64,000 nt of DNA. Source: the human T2T-CHM13v2.0 reference genome, Homo sapiens. The position numbers were made by a program, and so were the translations under genes. Below, piece after piece: positions 59,654-64,000 of the stretch (the stretch's first letter is position 1; each line of letters opens with the position of its first letter). The notes beneath the pieces were generated by a model. It had not been told where the DNA came from. It worked only from the letters and a program-made list of their open reading frames with translations, and did no database searches. The stretch is taken from the NCBI RefSeq assembly GCF_009914755.1, contig NC_060932.1; one strand, written 5' to 3'.

Positions 59654-61500
59654 TGTATGAAATTATCTGTATATGTTTCCAAGGAGGACTTCTGACTTTC
59701 AAACTTAACTTTCAATTAGTGGTTAATCACTCTCAGTCTTTTATTGTCTTTTGCCTTGAGCTATAGACATTTAATTATTCAATTCCATCACTCTTATAAT
59801 CACCACATCTCCTAAATCTCTCTGAAGCCTGAGGTATTGCACCTGCTAGTACATTCCCATTCAGTACTGTATTTCCCTGCCTCAGCTCACTATGGATGGA
59901 TGCTGTCAGAAGTGTACTGAATCCCTCGGGCTCCCATGCTTCCCCTATCACCTGCGACGGGATCTGCAGTGCCAGCCCCATAAGATGATTCAACTCCAAA
60001 GTTTCATTTTCCAGTCTGCTTTCTTCGACCACTTCTGCAAATTCCCTAAGTAGCTGTGTTTTCATGAAGAAAATGTACTTAGAAATGTTTTCTATAATAC
60101 GGACTTGGAAGGAGGAAAGCAAGAATGGACTTGTGAGGTGGTGGCTGCAAAAACCAAGGTTGATGCCATTGGCATTCTGCAGTGGGAGTGATCCTTTGGA
60201 GTTGTACAAAATTGAAGACAAAGGGCTTTTGTACATACACAACAATCTTTCCTTGGCCATGGGTTGCCTCTGGAAAACGAATATCATATTGGGAGAAGCA
60301 GCTCCCCTATGCCAAGAGGACTCAGTTGTGTGCTGTGGGTAGATGACGCTTTCTAAAGCTGGGAGAATGAGTGCTGTGGTGATATACCTTACAATCTGTG
60401 TGTTTTAGTCCTCAAGAGGTTACAGTAGAATCTATATCTGAAACAGTGAATGGGCATTAGTTGGATGAGAGGTGTGGGAGGTGGGGGCAGAGGAGAACTG
60501 AGCGCCCCAGGGTGAGAAAAGGCTGGATGCATAATGCATTCACATTGAGCTTCACTGTGGGGTGTCATGTCGTATAATGTAACACCAGTCACCCTCATTT
60601 CCTTTTAACAAAGGTTTTTCATTTGTGTGAAGTTGATGGCCTAGAAGAGTTGAGAGAAATCCCTTGCAATCTTGCCAGTGGCAGAAAAAGGGAGGAGTAG
60701 AAACACCAGAAAAGGGAAAAGGAATTCTAGTGTCAAGGACCTACTATGCTCCTGTGTCTTTGCAGCCTCTGAGAGAGAGTTAAATAAGAAAAATTCATGC
60801 TGCTGCAGACCAAGAGGAAATTGGATAATGCAACAGAGAAAGTGTCAAGGGGTCGATACCATTTGCACAATGAGGAGTCTTTTTCAGTTGAACCCAACTT
60901 GTTATCTACTCTCTTCCTGCCCCAAATCCTTATGAATCAAAACACCCCCATTTGTCATCCCATAGGAGAGAGAAACAATGCTGATCAGAGAGGCCAAGCT
61001 ACCCACTGGGGGACAAGCAGGAAAGAGGTGCCAGGTCTGAGAATAAAAGCCATAGCCAGCACTGCACAGTGACAACTATGGAGACAGGGTCTCCTAATGC
61101 CACATGAAGTTGCCAACTCAGATTGCTGAAAGTGTAGAAACTCAATTCTTTCAGTACTGAAATTGTACACCTTGACCAGCTGCCCAGAGAGAATTCAAAG
61201 TCCTCTGTTGTTGATAAAATAGCCCTGACATGACCCTCACGTTGAATGCACAGGGGGCACCTCCTATGTGCCTGGCTCTGTTCCGGCTGCTTTTTACACA
61301 TACCAAGTCACGAGATCTGGCATGCTGTGAAGTGAGCACTGCTAGCACCCCACTATACAGATGAAGCCAATGAGACACAGAGAGCTGAAGGGATTTTTCC
61401 AAGATGATACAGCATGTTAATGGAAGAGCCTGGGTTAAATTCAGGCATCTAGGGATACATACTCAAGCTGAAAAATATTAAAGTAAGAATGTGATTAATC

Positions 61501-61815
<315 letters not shown>

Positions 61816-61924
61816 TTAGGACAGGGTTGAGGAGGGTACTAAGAAAAGGTTTTGATTGGAAAGAGGAACGTGGGCTGTTACAAAGTTCAGAAGATCCCAC
61901 TTCTTGATGGGGTGATGCTTACAT

Positions 61925-62138
61925 CAGGGCTTCTCACCTTCAGCACTGTTGACTCTTTGGCCTGGATAATTCTTGGTTGTGAGATCTGTCTTCTGCAGCT
62001 AGGATGTTGACCAGCATTCATGGCCTCCTCTAACTGGGTACCAGAAATACTCTCTCATGCAGTTGTGAAAACAAAAATGTATCTAGACTGACAAATGTCA
62101 CTTAGGGTGCAAATTCCCCCACTAGTTGATAACCACTG
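61925..62138. mobile_element. MER20 (hAT-Charlie)
   Basis: CAGGGCTTCTCACC...GGATAATTCTTGGTTG...CAGTTGTGAAAACAAAAATGT...GTTGATAACCACTG. Confidence 0.88.
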
Positions 62139-62873
62139 GTTAGCTATGAAGTTTACACAACCAGAATTGGTGATGCATACATTTATGCTATGCACATTTC
62201 TGCACATTTGCTATATTTCTCATTAAAGTAAGTTCAAACAAAAAATATCTAGTGTAGTACTTTGTATGGACTAGGTGTTAAAACTGTGATTTTCCATTCC
62301 TCTTCCAGATCCAATATTTTGTATTTCTGAACATATCTAGGAGGACTTCTATGCCATTTCTCTGCCTGATCCCAGCTCCACATCTTCAAACCCTGCTTTA
62401 ATCCAAGCTGATATTGTTATGTATCACTTCACTTACATCATTCTATTTTCATTGTTTTGTGAGTTCTTTTCTAAAAACTAATTTTGGAAAACAGTTAAAC
62501 ACACAAGAGAGTAAATATCTAATACTACAATTAATACCCTTGCACTCCTGTCAGATGAATGAATTTTAAGATGCTATCTCATTTGCTTCAGAGATTTTCA
62601 TTAAAAAAAATAAATACTACAGGTGTCCTTTCCTTTGTACCCTTCCTCACACCATTTCCCTTCCTTTAACCTCAGAGGAAATAGTCACTATAAAATTGCT
62701 ATGTTTTATTTTTTCTATAATTCTGCCATATATGTGTGTATGTCAAAAAACAATAAAACAATGTTAACACAATTATTGTAGCTAATATTCCTTGAGCATT
62801 TCCTATATCAAAGTCAGCCCAATGCTTCATTAACATTATCTTGTTTAATATTCAAAACAAACCTTTGAGATAG

Positions 62874-63228
62874 TGATATGGTTTGGCTGTGTCCCCACCC
62901 AAAACTCAACTTGAATTGTATCTCCCAGAATTCCCCCTTATTGTGGGAGGAACTCAGAGGGAGGTAATTGAATCATGGGGGCCAGCCTTTCCCATGCTAT
63001 TCTTATGATAGTGAATAAGTTTCACGAGATCTAATGGGTTTATCAGAGGGTTCAGCTTTTGCTTCTTCCTCATTTTTCTCTTCCCGACACCATGTAAGAA
63101 GTGCCTTTCACCTCCTACCACGATTCTGAGGGGTCCCCAGCCGTGTGGAACTGTAAGTCTAATTCAAACTCTTTTTCTTCCCAGTCTTGAGTATGTCTTT
63201 ATCAGCAGCATGATAACGGACTAATACA
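62874..63228 (+). mobile_element. THE1 (A-like) solo LTR inserted in a MIR
   Basis: TGATATGGTTTGGCTGTGTCCCCACCC...GGACTAATACA; TSD GATAG/GATGG. Confidence 0.95.
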
Positions 63229-64000
63229 GATGGCCACTATTATTTTTCTAATTCTTCAGTTAAGCAAACTGACACATGAAGATGCTAAATAAGTTTCCCA
63301 AGCTTACATAATTAAATTTTACATAAATGTTAAATTTTGCAGAAATGTTATCAAGCGGACTTTATAATTTTCTATTTACTCATCTGTTTTTCTGGTAAAC
63401 TTTGAACTCTTAAAGACACTGTATTCCTTTGTCTCAGTGTCCATGGGGGCTGCAGCAAAGAACACTGGATACATGAACACACAAATGTGTAAGAAAATAC
63501 ATGAATCAATAAATCAATAGACCGATGCAATTTCTCTCATGCCATATCCTGTTTTCCATCCAGCTGCAGGGTGCCCTTCTCCATTCACCTTTCTTCTTGT
63601 TTCTCCCATGAACGTGTCCTCCCTGTGCCCAGCACAGCAGACCAACTGTGCTCCCCGCTTAAAATTCTCTTTGCAGTCAGTGCATCAGAGGCTGCTTTGA
63701 AGAGCAGGTGCAGGGTGGAAGTGAGTCAGGGGACATCACATGCAAGTCTGAAGTGGCACCAAAGAGGCCTAGGGGTATTATTAAAAATGTGCCCTGGCCT
63801 TATCTAAGGCAGACATTGTGGGACAGCAAGGAGCCCTTAACAAAACGCCTGGGAATATCAGTCTGGCCACTTGGAGGGCCATTACCTGGACAGACTGGGT
63901 GAACCTGAAAACACACCGAAGCACAAAAATATGTTTTCCTATTAAGGAGGCATTTTGTATCGATGCTAACTTTTATGTTTAGTATGTTTAGATGAGAGAT

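Overview
Human (or hominoid) nuclear genomic DNA, gene-poor and dominated by repeats. Bases 1-5164 are most of a minus-strand HERV-H provirus: 5' LTR7, perfect tRNA-His primer-binding site, degenerate gag/pro/pol and an env remnant, with the 3' LTR just outside the window. The rest is a mosaic of Alu, L1, L2, MIR, MaLR (THE1/MST/MLT) and DNA-transposon fossils. No ORF in the track is a recognisable intact protein-coding gene; most are repeat-derived. Signals outside ordinary repeats: (i) a candidate terminal exon of a minus-strand spliced transcript at 12.2-12.5 kb, (ii) an old, internally deleted mitochondrial 12S rRNA NUMT nested in an MLT1 LTR at 36.0-36.4 kb, (iii) a ~34-bp minisatellite whose unit reads like a complete 3' splice site at 37.1-37.5 kb, (iv) a tandemly duplicated CTCF-like motif at 18.0 kb, and (v) repeat-free, homeobox-motif-rich candidate enhancers. 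I see no convincing evidence of a new biological system. Subfamily names and comparisons to consensus sequences are from memory and need RepeatMasker or BLAT confirmation.
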